Assembly: GCA_017857595.1 (NCBI GenBank)
Contig: JAFMCU010000003.1
Coordinates: forward strand, 7,403 to 71,402
From: Thermoprotei archaeon
GTDB taxonomy: Archaea > Thermoproteota > Thermoprotei > Gearchaeales > Gearchaeaceae
Direction: 5' to 3'
Length of the DNA stretch: 64,000 nt
Below, piece by piece: positions 39,263-48,074 of this stretch. Every line of letters starts with the position of its first letter. Position 1 is the stretch's first letter. The notes under the pieces were generated by a model. It made no database searches, was not told where the DNA came from, and saw nothing but the letters and a program-made list of their open reading frames with translations. The position numbers and the translations under genes are program-made.

Positions 39263-40342
39263 GTGGATATAAAAATTGAATATTTAAAGAAGTATTTAAG
39301 TAGTGTATACAATTCGAATGTTGAAATAATTGATATAAAAGGAATTAAAGTTGAAAAAGGTGAAATAAAGGGATATGGTTATGGCATCCCTATCATAATC
39401 GAGTATAAAGTTAATGGAGAATTGAAAAAAGCTGTTTTAGAAACGGTTAAGGAAGATATTTTTGGGCATGAATATATTTCTGATCGTGTGTCTAATATTA
39501 TTTTAGCTTATAAAACATTCAACAGACTTCCAAAACATGCAAAAGCTATTTCAATCGGATATTTTACAGAATCAGATGATATAGTAAAAATTGATGATTT
39601 CAAAGAATTTTTCTTATTAGTGGAGTTTATACAAGGTCAATTATATTACAAAGATTTAGAGGATATTAAATCTAGAGGAGAATTAAAGGATAAAGACATA
39701 GAAAGGTGTCGTAGACTTAGTAATTATTTAAGTCAAATTCATTCTTTGAAAAGCAAAGATTATAAGCTATACATGCGTAGAATTCGCGACCTAATAGGTC
39801 ATGGAGAATGTATCTTTGGGCTTGTTGACAGCTATCCTAGTAGTTTTGAACATTTTAGTGAGAAAGAATTTATCGAATTTGAGAAGAATCTAATAAATTG
39901 GAGATGGAAGTTGAAAAAATATTCGCATAGATTAAGTGTTATTCATGGAGATTTTCATCCGTGGAATATTTTCTTTTTTGATAACGATGACTTTATTGTT
40001 AATGATAGGAGTCGTGGTGAATACGGAGATCCTGCAGATGATGTATCAGCCTTAACTATTAATTATCTTTTTTATTCCATCCAGAAATACAAAAAATTAC
40101 ACGGACCGTTCGAAACGTTATGGCTTTCATTTTTCGAAAATTATCTTAGATTCACTGATGATGAAGAAATTTTAAGAGTTATACAGCCTTATTTTGCATG
40201 GAGGTCGTTAGTTGTAGCAAATCCTATCTGGTATCCTAACTTAGATTCTGCGGTTAGAAAATTATTATTTAATTTTACAAAAAACGTGTTAAATATTGAT
40301 TTTTTTGATTTCAAAAATGTCAACGATCTTTTAAATGAATAA
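39263..40342 (+). CDS. Aminoglycoside phosphotransferase (APH)-like kinase
   Basis: IHGDFHPWNI Brenner motif; DRSRGEYGDPADD. Confidence 0.8.
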   Translation: MDIKIEYLKKYLSSVYNSNVEIIDIKGIKVEKGEIKGYGYGIPIIIEYKVNGELKKAVLETVKEDIFGHEYISDRVSNIILAYKTFNRLPKHAKAISIGYFTESDDIVKIDDFKEFFLLVEFIQGQLYYKDLEDIKSRGELKDKDIERCRRLSNYLSQIHSLKSKDYKLYMRRIRDLIGHGECIFGLVDSYPSSFEHFSEKEFIEFEKNLINWRWKLKKYSHRLSVIHGDFHPWNIFFFDNDDFIVNDRSRGEYGDPADDVSALTINYLFYSIQKYKKLHGPFETLWLSFFENYLRFTDDEEILRVIQPYFAWRSLVVANPIWYPNLDSAVRKLLFNFTKNVLNIDFFDFKNVNDLLNE

Positions 40343-40856
40343 CACTTTTTGTATATGGTTAACTGGATTACCATCATCAGGTAAATCAACAATAGCAAAA
40401 CTTTTAAAAGAAGAATTAAAAAAGTTAAACGTTAACGTATTCATTCTTGATTCAGACGATTTAAGAAAAATATTAACTCCAAATCCAAAATATACTGAAG
40501 AAGAAAGAGATTGGTTTTACAATGTTTTGGTTTATTTTGCAACGATACTGGTTCAGAATCAAGTAAATGTAATAATAGCTGCAACTGGAAACAAAGCTAA
40601 ATACAGAGAGAATTGTAGAAGATCTATTAAAAACTTCATAGAAGTTTATATAAAATGTTCTTTATCAGAATGTTTAAAAAGAGATTCAAAAGGTCTCTAC
40701 AATCTTGCTTTGCAGGGTAAGATAAATAATTTACCCGGATTACAAGATATTTATGAAGAGCCTTTAAATCCTGAATTAGTTGTTGAAAGTGATAAATTAA
40801 CTCCTGAACAAAGTGCTAATTTGATAATGCAAGAAATAAATAAAAGATTTCTTTAA
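40335..40856 (+). CDS. cysC: Adenylyl-sulfate kinase-like P-loop kinase
   Basis: IWLTGLPSSGKST, LDSDDLR, RDSKGLY, LPG...YEEPLNPEL. Confidence 0.75.
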   Translation: MNNTFCIWLTGLPSSGKSTIAKLLKEELKKLNVNVFILDSDDLRKILTPNPKYTEEERDWFYNVLVYFATILVQNQVNVIIAATGNKAKYRENCRRSIKNFIEVYIKCSLSECLKRDSKGLYNLALQGKINNLPGLQDIYEEPLNPELVVESDKLTPEQSANLIMQEINKRFL

Positions 40857-40883
40857 ATAAATATTGAGCAAATAAATTTATAT

Positions 40884-41210
40884 ATGGCTTTAGATCCTGT
40901 TGAATATTATAAATTGTTTATTAAAGTATTCGGTAGCCCCGTTAGATTAAAAATATTAAATTCATTAAAGAGCTCACCTAAATCTGTACAAGAGATCTGT
41001 AAGGAGTTAAATTTAGAGCAAAGTTTAGTATCTCATAATCTAAAATGCCTTTTAGATTGCGGTTTTGTGAATAATAAAAGAGAAGGTAAAAGAGTTATCT
41101 ATTCGATTAATGAAAGTATAGTATTTCCGTTATTCGAGTTAATAGATAAACATATTGAAAAATACAAGGATAAGCTAATTTCATGCGGAATAATTAAATC
41201 TGAATCGTAA
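40884..41210 (+). CDS. ArsR/SmtB-family transcriptional regulator
   Basis: RLKIL, QSLVSHNLKCLLDCGFV, REGKRVIY; several Cys including C-terminal SCG. Confidence 0.9.
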   Translation: MALDPVEYYKLFIKVFGSPVRLKILNSLKSSPKSVQEICKELNLEQSLVSHNLKCLLDCGFVNNKREGKRVIYSINESIVFPLFELIDKHIEKYKDKLISCGIIKSES

Positions 41211-41226
41211 CTCATTTAAACAAATA

Positions 41227-41263
41227 TAATATAAGCTTATATTAATGTTATAACAATGTTATA
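41227..41263. promoter_or_regulatory. Two adjacent palindromes in the dsrE promoter region
   Basis: Perfect 18-bp TAATATAAGCTTATATTA (41227-41244) and 7-1-7 TATAACA-A-TGTTATA (41249-41263), ending 7 bp before the ATG at 41271. Confidence 0.5.
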
Positions 41264-41270
41264 GAGTAAT

Positions 41271-41654
41271 ATGAGTCAAAAACAGGAGTTACATATTGTG
41301 TTAGTTTCCAACGACCCTCAAAGAGTTTACCCTGCTTTAACATTGGTATTGGCATCTACAGCTTTAGGCGTTAAAGCTCATTTATATTGTACGATGAGCG
41401 GTTTGGATGTTGTTAAAAAAGAAACAGCAAATAAAATAACATTGCAAGGCATGCCTCCTATTGATAAGTATCTTAAAGATGCAATCGATTCAGGTACTTA
41501 TGTTTGTGCCTGTGCTCCTTCTAAAGAATTTTTAAATAAAATGGGTATAACTGAAGAAACAGTATTTCCAGGTGTAAAATTGGAAGATGCTGTTACATTC
41601 TTAAACAAAGCGTTGAATGCTGCAAGGAATGGGGGAATAGTTTTATTTGTTTAA
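41271..41654 (+). CDS. DsrE/DsrF-like sulfur relay protein
   Basis: HLYCTMSGL, VCACAPS, C-terminal VLFV; adjacent to tusA. Confidence 0.78.
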   Translation: MSQKQELHIVLVSNDPQRVYPALTLVLASTALGVKAHLYCTMSGLDVVKKETANKITLQGMPPIDKYLKDAIDSGTYVCACAPSKEFLNKMGITEETVFPGVKLEDAVTFLNKALNAARNGGIVLFV

Positions 41655-41662
41655 ATTCAAAT

Positions 41663-41902
41663 GTGAGTATTATGGAAACAAAAAAGCAAATTCTTGACGT
41701 TAGAAATTTAATGTGTCCTTATCCTTCTTTTCTTACAGTTAAGAAGTTAAATGAAGTTGAGAAAGGGACTATTTTGGAAGTCATTTGTGATAAAGTTGAG
41801 ATGACAATTAATTCTTTAACAACAACGCTAAAGAATAGAGGATATAAATTTGAAGTAAAAGAAGATAAGGATAATTATATAGTTGAGGTGTACAAAGATT
41901 AG
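41663..41902 (+). CDS. tusA: TusA-family sulfurtransferase
   Basis: LDVRNLMCPYP (CPxP), GTILEVICD. Confidence 0.88.
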   Translation: MSIMETKKQILDVRNLMCPYPSFLTVKKLNEVEKGTILEVICDKVEMTINSLTTTLKNRGYKFEVKEDKDNYIVEVYKD

Positions 41903-42947
41903 GACAGAACAATTTGAATTCAACATTAAGAAAATTGATAATTGGATATTAAACATCGATAAAATAAAGTCTGGAAAATTCATAAGGGATGAACTTAAAG
42001 TAGGAAATACGCCAATAGTAAGGTTAGAAAATATAGATACAAATAATTTAGAACTTTATGCAAAAATAGAATGGTTGAATCCTTTCGGGTCAATAAAAGA
42101 TCGAGCTGCTTATTGGATGATAAAAATTGCAGAAGATAAAGGAATTCTTAATAAAAATAAGACTGTTATAGAACCTACATCAGGTAACATGGGCATAGCG
42201 TTAGCATGCATAAGCATGAGCTTAGGATATAAATTCACTGCTGTGATACCCCAAGCTGTAAGCGAAGAGACAAAAAACTTGATTAGATTACTTGGAGCAG
42301 AATTATTGGAAACTTCAGATGACCTCTGTCCTAGAGTTGGAAAAGGCACTGATCAATGCATTGCATTAGCAAAAGGAATTGTTAATTCATTCCCCAATGA
42401 ATATTTTATGCCAAATCAATATGAAAATGAAGCTAACTTCTTAGCACATTATAATGGAACAGGGCCTGAAATTTTTAATCAAATGAATGGTAATATAGAC
42501 TATTTTATTACAGGTATAGGTACAGGAGGTACTGTAACAGGTGTTGGTGCATATTTAAAAGAACGTAAGGATGTAAAGATTATAGCAGCTCAACCTCAAC
42601 CAAATCATCACATCCAAGGATTGAGAAATCTACAAGAATCTGATAAACCTGCAATTCTATCAAAACGATTTCATGTTATAGATGATATATTTACGATTTC
42701 AGATGAAGAAGCATTTAGAGCTGTTAGACTTATTGCAGAAAAAGAAAAACTTTTAGTTGGTCCTTCTTCTGGTGCTGTTCTAGCAGCAGCCTTAAAGTTA
42801 GAAGAGAAGGGATTAAAAGGAAAAGCTGTTTTAATCTTTGCTGATGACGCTTTGAAGTATAGTTCTGTTTATAGACAATTTAAGGTTCTAGACGAAGAAA
42901 CTTTAAGAAGCTTAGAAGAGCTGATTTCTCTTCAAAAGGTCAATTAA
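41883..42947 (+). CDS. PLP-dependent cysteine synthase-family protein
   Basis: VGNTP, NPFGSIKDR, EPTSGNMG, NQYEN, GIGTGGT, GPSSG; insertion DDLCPRVGKGTDQC; non-ATG start. Confidence 0.9.
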   Translation: MRCTKIRTEQFEFNIKKIDNWILNIDKIKSGKFIRDELKVGNTPIVRLENIDTNNLELYAKIEWLNPFGSIKDRAAYWMIKIAEDKGILNKNKTVIEPTSGNMGIALACISMSLGYKFTAVIPQAVSEETKNLIRLLGAELLETSDDLCPRVGKGTDQCIALAKGIVNSFPNEYFMPNQYENEANFLAHYNGTGPEIFNQMNGNIDYFITGIGTGGTVTGVGAYLKERKDVKIIAAQPQPNHHIQGLRNLQESDKPAILSKRFHVIDDIFTISDEEAFRAVRLIAEKEKLLVGPSSGAVLAAALKLEEKGLKGKAVLIFADDALKYSSVYRQFKVLDEETLRSLEELISLQKVN

Positions 42948-42956
42948 TAAAAATAT

Positions 42957-42981
42957 ATATGTAATATATTTCATATGAAAT
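42957..42981. promoter_or_regulatory. Candidate ArsR/MerR operator directly upstream of merA
   Basis: ATATGtAATATATTtCATAT (20 bp, one mismatched pair) overlapping perfect ATTTCATATGAAAT (42968-42981), 1 bp before the ATG. Confidence 0.55.
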
Positions 42982-42982
42982 T

Positions 42983-44410
42983 ATGGGCATAAAGGAATAT
43001 GATTTGGCAATAATTGGTTATGGAGCTGCTGGATTTTCTGCTGCAATAAAATATAGTGAATTAACTGAAGGTTCAGGAAAAGTAGCATTAATAGGCAAAG
43101 GCCCTATTGGAGGAACATGTGTAAATGTCGGTTGCGTACCTTCTAAATATTTATTGGAAGCCTCACATAAGTATTTTTATTCAAAGTTTTCAAAGTATGC
43201 AGGCATAAAAGGTGTTTCTGCTGAAATAAACTTCGGTGCTTTGATTGAAAGCCTAAATGATTTCGTACAAAATATGAGAAAGTCAAAGTATGAGGACGTT
43301 ATTAGTAACTATGAAAATGTAGAAATAATTAAAGGAGATGCCAATATTATATCCGATTCAAGGGTCGTTGTTAAAAATGGGAAAGAAGAGTTAAAATTAT
43401 CATTTAAAAATCTATTGATTTCTGTAGGTTCAAGACCTTCAGTACCGCCTATAGAAGGTTTGAAAGATACAGGATATTTAACGAGTGATGATGTTTGGAA
43501 ATTGCGAGAGTTACCTAATAAAATTGGCATAATTGGTGGTGGAGCAATAGGACTGGAAATAGGTCAGGCATTAGCACATCTAGGAGCAAATGTAACAATA
43601 ATCGAGGCATTACCTAGAATAGCTTATACAACTGAACCAGAGATTTCTGAAATTCTTGAAGATATTTTAAAAGAAGAAGGAATTAAAATTTATAAACGTG
43701 TAAGGGTTTCTAAAGTTTATAAGTCTGGAAATGAAAAAGTTGTAAAAATATTATCACATGATAAGGAATTAAACCTCAATTTTGATGAGATAATTGTAGC
43801 CACAGGGAGAAGGCCTAATACTGACAATTTAAATTTAGAAGTTGCTAATATTAAAGCGAACGAAAAAGGCTACATATTAACTAATGAAAGAATGCAAACT
43901 TCAAATCCCAAAATTTATGCAGCTGGAGATTGTGTCTCTAAAAAGCTGATGCTTGAAACAGTTGCGGCTAGAGAAGGCGTTGTTGCTGCTACAAATATTG
44001 CAGGAAAGGAATCTAAAATGGATTATTTGCCTGTTCCATGGGCAATATTTACCCATCCTTCTGTTGCATCAGTAGGCTATACAGAAGATGAAGTAGTAGA
44101 AAAATACAATGCATGTAGTTGTAGAATTATAGAAATAACTGATATACCTAAAGGTCTCATATTAAAAGAAGATAAGGGTTTAGTTAAAGTGGTTATACAC
44201 CCAGAAAACGGAAAAATTCTAGGTGTTCATTCTTTGGCTCCAAATTCTATTGAATTCATTATTGAAGGCGCAATGGCTATTAAGTATGGGTTAACTATTT
44301 GGGATATAATTGAGACAACGCATATATTTCCAAGCATTAGTGAAGGAATAAAACTTGCTTCTCAAGCATTTATTAGAAACATTAAAGCAATGTCTTGCTG
44401 TGTAGAATAA
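42983..44410 (+). CDS. merA: Mercuric reductase (core only, no NmerA domain)
   Basis: GGTCVNVGCVPSK redox disulfide, IYAAGD, H.FP motif, C-terminal MSCCVE vicinal Cys pair. Confidence 0.9.
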   Translation: MGIKEYDLAIIGYGAAGFSAAIKYSELTEGSGKVALIGKGPIGGTCVNVGCVPSKYLLEASHKYFYSKFSKYAGIKGVSAEINFGALIESLNDFVQNMRKSKYEDVISNYENVEIIKGDANIISDSRVVVKNGKEELKLSFKNLLISVGSRPSVPPIEGLKDTGYLTSDDVWKLRELPNKIGIIGGGAIGLEIGQALAHLGANVTIIEALPRIAYTTEPEISEILEDILKEEGIKIYKRVRVSKVYKSGNEKVVKILSHDKELNLNFDEIIVATGRRPNTDNLNLEVANIKANEKGYILTNERMQTSNPKIYAAGDCVSKKLMLETVAAREGVVAATNIAGKESKMDYLPVPWAIFTHPSVASVGYTEDEVVEKYNACSCRIIEITDIPKGLILKEDKGLVKVVIHPENGKILGVHSLAPNSIEFIIEGAMAIKYGLTIWDIIETTHIFPSISEGIKLASQAFIRNIKAMSCCVE

Positions 44411-44415
44411 TTATT

Positions 44416-45354
44416 CTATTTTTCTTTATAAAAATATTCGGAGTTAAATTCGTTAATTTTCTCTAAAGCTTTTTGAATGATTGTTGATTTGTAATAGCCT
44501 AGATAAATTCTTATAGCATTATCTTTTTTAAAAAAACATAAAGGGGTTAATAAGATGTTTTTCTTTTGCAATAAACTTTTGCAATAATCTAGAGAATTTA
44601 GATTTTCTTTTTCTAAAACTGCTACAGGCATATTTTCTGTGTATTTTATATTAAAATAATTTAATTTAGATTTTTTTAGTATATTATAGTTATGTTGAGT
44701 TATTCTCTTATTCCTATTTTTAAAGAATTCGTAATTTTTAAAGATATACTTTATAATTTCTTTATCAAAAATAGGTTCAGGTGAAATTAAATCTTTAATT
44801 TTAGAAATTTTTTGGATGTATTCTTTTTTTGCTACAATCCATCCAACTTTAATGCCTTTTATATTGAAAAATTTGCTTGTACTTGAAATTAATATTGCAT
44901 TATCATGAGTGAATATTTCATCTGTAACAAATGGCTTAAATATTTCATCGACTATCACTAAGTTATTTTCTACTAATTCATGTAAATTTACAAGCGATCC
45001 ATAAGGATTATTAGGATTTGAAATTACAATTATTTTATTCCTCAAATTTTCATAATTTTCAAAAAACTTAAATTTTATTCCCAAGGCTTCAGCCTGTTCA
45101 TAAAAAGGTGGATATGCTGGAATTTGAATATAAACCAAAGACGGTTTTAATGCTAAATAAACGAAAAATAGAGCTTCTTGTGCTCCGTGGACAATTAATA
45201 CATTATCAACACTTACTTTATATTGATTCGCAATTAATTCTTCAGGTTTTATATCTTCCTTATCTAAAGATTGAAAATCTTCAATAGGTTCGATGCCGCT
45301 TATTGATAGATTATAATCGCATTTATTTTCTTCCCAATCAAAAAGTTCTACCAT
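44416..45354 (-). CDS. Class I/II PLP-dependent aminotransferase
   Basis: GAQEAL, SNPNNPYG, VDEIF, STSK...GIKVGW. Confidence 0.82.
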   Translation of the reverse strand: MVELFDWEENKCDYNLSISGIEPIEDFQSLDKEDIKPEELIANQYKVSVDNVLIVHGAQEALFFVYLALKPSLVYIQIPAYPPFYEQAEALGIKFKFFENYENLRNKIIVISNPNNPYGSLVNLHELVENNLVIVDEIFKPFVTDEIFTHDNAILISSTSKFFNIKGIKVGWIVAKKEYIQKISKIKDLISPEPIFDKEIIKYIFKNYEFFKNRNKRITQHNYNILKKSKLNYFNIKYTENMPVAVLEKENLNSLDYCKSLLQKKNILLTPLCFFKKDNAIRIYLGYYKSTIIQKALEKINEFNSEYFYKEK

Positions 45355-45415
45355 TTTTACAAATACTTAATTCTTAATAATCAAAGATAAATAATAAGAA
45401 AGTTTTTAATTTTTA

Positions 45416-45700
45416 ATGTCTCAAATAATGGTTAATAAAAGGAATGGTTCTAAAGAACCCTTTATAATAGAAAAAATAGTTGTAAGCTGTGTTAAGGCTG
45501 GTGCTGATATTGAAAGTGCAAGAAAGGTTGCGAAAAATATTGAGAAAGTTTTAGAACAGAGAAAAGTAGAGGTTGTTGATTCTAATGAATTGACCAAACT
45601 TGTTTTTAATGAGCTTAAAAGATTAAATGAAGAATGGTATAAAAATTGGATTGTTTATGATAAGGCAGTAAAAAGGAGAGATACAAGTAAGCTTGTTTAA
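45416..45700 (+). CDS. Stand-alone ATP-cone domain protein
   Basis: VNKRNGSKEPF..EKI..S..KAG signature; 94 aa. Confidence 0.85.
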   Translation: MSQIMVNKRNGSKEPFIIEKIVVSCVKAGADIESARKVAKNIEKVLEQRKVEVVDSNELTKLVFNELKRLNEEWYKNWIVYDKAVKRRDTSKLV

Positions 45701-46113
45701 TATAGTATTTTTTTATACTTAGAAATAGAATAAACTAGGCTTACTATTATAAGAATTGCAGATACATGAGCTATAGTACAATATAAACAAATATAGCCTA
45801 TAACTCCTATTTCAACAAAAATTAAATAAATCAAAGAACCAATGCCAAGAAACATAAAAATAACATGAATTAATACGTCATCATGTCCAGTTAAAGATAA
45901 TAATAGAAAAGCTATAAACCATATCATACCTAATAATGACCAAGGTATTCCAAATAAATGTGAATACGGACTATTCAATACATTTTCGCAACTTATAAAA
46001 GATAAATTTGTATTGCAACTTAACGTAGCATTAGATTCAAAAAAAGTAATATAGCTTGAATCTGAAAAACCCAAAAGAGAAAAAGCTAATATAATGTATC
46101 TAATAATAGTCAT
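45697..46113 (-). CDS. Vitamin K epoxide reductase (VKOR) family protein
   Basis: C...SCENVLNSPYS, ICLYC, 4 TM. Confidence 0.9.
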   Translation of the reverse strand: MTIIRYIILAFSLLGFSDSSYITFFESNATLSCNTNLSFISCENVLNSPYSHLFGIPWSLLGMIWFIAFLLLSLTGHDDVLIHVIFMFLGIGSLIYLIFVEIGVIGYICLYCTIAHVSAILIIVSLVYSISKYKKILY

Positions 46114-46843
46114 TACATTTTGGTATCAAGGATAATATGAATTGATTTACATTGGGTAAAGTTATGTAACTTGATAATTTATTTAGCGCATTTAAAATCG
46201 CATTTACTAACTGCTGGCTTTCTTGATAAACTGCTTGATATAGCTGTCCTTGTTTAGAACTTATCATTTGTTGTACTTGTTGGAATGATAATCCTAAAAA
46301 TAATGCTGGGCTGATACCAGAGCCTATTCTAAAATATATTCCACCTACAGAAATAAACGGTATTGCGCCGCCTGGGTCATATGTACTAAATAGTTGTTCT
46401 TCTAAAGAATTCATTTGTTGCAACGATACGTTACCATATCTATTACTTAGCTCAACTTCCAAAAATTCAATTTTATTACTTTTGTAGATCGCATCAACAA
46501 AAGTATAAGTTGGTATATTAGGATATGTTTCTTCGTAAGGTGAACTGTAAATTGGTTGTAAGTTGCTCCAATTCCCAAAATGAGATAGAGCCATCACAAT
46601 TGCCCATCTTTCTGCAGCACAATAGGGACAGTATTCTGCACCAATATATATAAATGCTAACTTTCCATTTTGTGTAATAATTGGGTTATTTGGATAGTAT
46701 GTTAAGTTTGTAGCATAAACACCTGTTACTTTATTCGATTCTTGATTCATAATTATATAAATTGAAATTATTAAAATTAAAGCTACAATAAAAATAAATA
46801 TAAAAATATTTCTATTCTTGTTATTCTTTTTTGACTTTTTCAT
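46100..46843 (-). CDS. DUF929 membrane-anchored thioredoxin-like protein
   Basis: N-terminal basic region plus TM; GAEYCPYCAAERW, IPTYTF, IPF. Confidence 0.85.
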   Translation of the reverse strand: MKKSKKNNKNRNIFIFIFIVALILIISIYIIMNQESNKVTGVYATNLTYYPNNPIITQNGKLAFIYIGAEYCPYCAAERWAIVMALSHFGNWSNLQPIYSSPYEETYPNIPTYTFVDAIYKSNKIEFLEVELSNRYGNVSLQQMNSLEEQLFSTYDPGGAIPFISVGGIYFRIGSGISPALFLGLSFQQVQQMISSKQGQLYQAVYQESQQLVNAILNALNKLSSYITLPNVNQFILSLIPKCNDYY

Positions 46844-46870
46844 TTATTATTATTATTTTCTAAGTTTCTT

Positions 46871-47920
46871 TTATTGATTCCCTCCGCTTCCTCCTTGATT
46901 ACTGTTGCCTCCTCCGCCTAACCTGTCTTTTAGTTTCTCTCTGACTTCGTCTGCAAGTTTCTTATTCTCACTTATTACACTATCCCATTTACCTTTATCA
47001 TTTCCAAGTATTTGTAATATAACATTCTCTAGTAACTTTTGCATTTCTTTTATATCTCTTGTAACTAAAGCATCTACTTCCCAACTTTCATCACCAAATT
47101 CTTTATTATACCACTTGAATCTAGGGTCTGTTTCTTTTGCTGGATTTGGAGGAAGATTGTAATCAAGAATTTGCTTCGCTGTTAATGCAACTCTAACTTC
47201 ATCTAAATCAAAGTGATGGAATATCTTAAGTAAGGCCATATAGAATCTATTAATATCCAATCCACTTGGATCATGGTCACTTATTATTAAAGCCCAAACT
47301 TTATGACCTTTATCTAATTTTTCTTTTATTTTTGGGGCTAATCTTGATATTCTGGTCCAGACTGCACCATAACCTTTGAACGAAACCAATGGAACATAAT
47401 ATTTTTCGCATACAGAATTAATTTGTCCAAAAAGTTCTCTTTTCTCTGTAAAGACATAAACACTCTTGCCTATTTCTTCCCAAGGGTCTTTACCCATTGC
47501 CGGTATTGATTCCATTGCTTTCTTTATAGCTTCATCTATATTTGAAACTCCCCATAACACAGGTTCAAAGTATAAAGATTCTGTCTCTGTAATCATGTTC
47601 CAATCAACTATACCTAATATTCTTGCTTTAAGCATGAAATCAACTAGCTTATTATAATGCTTAAGATCGTTTCTATAATCAGGTAATTCTAAGCCTACTA
47701 GATAGTAATGAACCTGTCTTATTGTTACTGGATTGTTTAACTCAGCAAAAGCCTTTTTTACAAAATCAACTGCTCTCTGTTGCCAATCCGTTTTTACAAT
47801 TCTTGCTTTCTTATCTTTAGGAACTGTTCTTGTTACATCCTTTTGCCTTCTGCCATACATCTTTTGAAGCCATTTGAGCGTATAATCAGAATCTTTGTGC
47901 TTTATAAGTTTCTCACTCAT
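46871..47920 (-). CDS. Spo11/Top6A-like (5Y-CAP + TOPRIM) protein, Mini-A-like
   Basis: TIRQVHYY (cf. TxRxxYY), FTEK, SDHDPSG (DxD), WEVDAL; Gly-rich tail. Confidence 0.7.
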   Translation of the reverse strand: MSEKLIKHKDSDYTLKWLQKMYGRRQKDVTRTVPKDKKARIVKTDWQQRAVDFVKKAFAELNNPVTIRQVHYYLVGLELPDYRNDLKHYNKLVDFMLKARILGIVDWNMITETESLYFEPVLWGVSNIDEAIKKAMESIPAMGKDPWEEIGKSVYVFTEKRELFGQINSVCEKYYVPLVSFKGYGAVWTRISRLAPKIKEKLDKGHKVWALIISDHDPSGLDINRFYMALLKIFHHFDLDEVRVALTAKQILDYNLPPNPAKETDPRFKWYNKEFGDESWEVDALVTRDIKEMQKLLENVILQILGNDKGKWDSVISENKKLADEVREKLKDRLGGGGNSNQGGSGGNQ

Positions 47921-48074
47921 AAACGCTATATTTTATTTTAAATATCAATTCAATATATATACTTTTAATGATGATTGATTATATAAAGAAGATGATTTTT
48001 GCATATCAATCTCAATTTTTTTAAAAACGCTTGAATTTATTTCATAATAACAAAAATATCTAAATTAATTATAA

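Noticed and set aside
42983-44410. Dihydrolipoamide dehydrogenase
   Set aside because: The C-terminal vicinal CC and H.FP (not HPTxxE) motif favour MerA.
36045-47920. Integrated element spanning the tyrosine recombinase to the Mini-A-like gene
   Set aside because: Intervening genes are cellular (EndoV, MBL hydrolase, VKOR); I saw no tRNA, att-like direct repeats or viral/plasmid genes. The recombinase looks like housekeeping XerA.
46871-47920. Wadjet (JetABCD) defence system
   Set aside because: No SMC-like JetC or JetA/B neighbours; the motifs are closer to Top6A/Spo11.
47960-48020. C/D-box sRNA (ATGATGA near 47968)
   Set aside because: No CTGA D box at a suitable distance.
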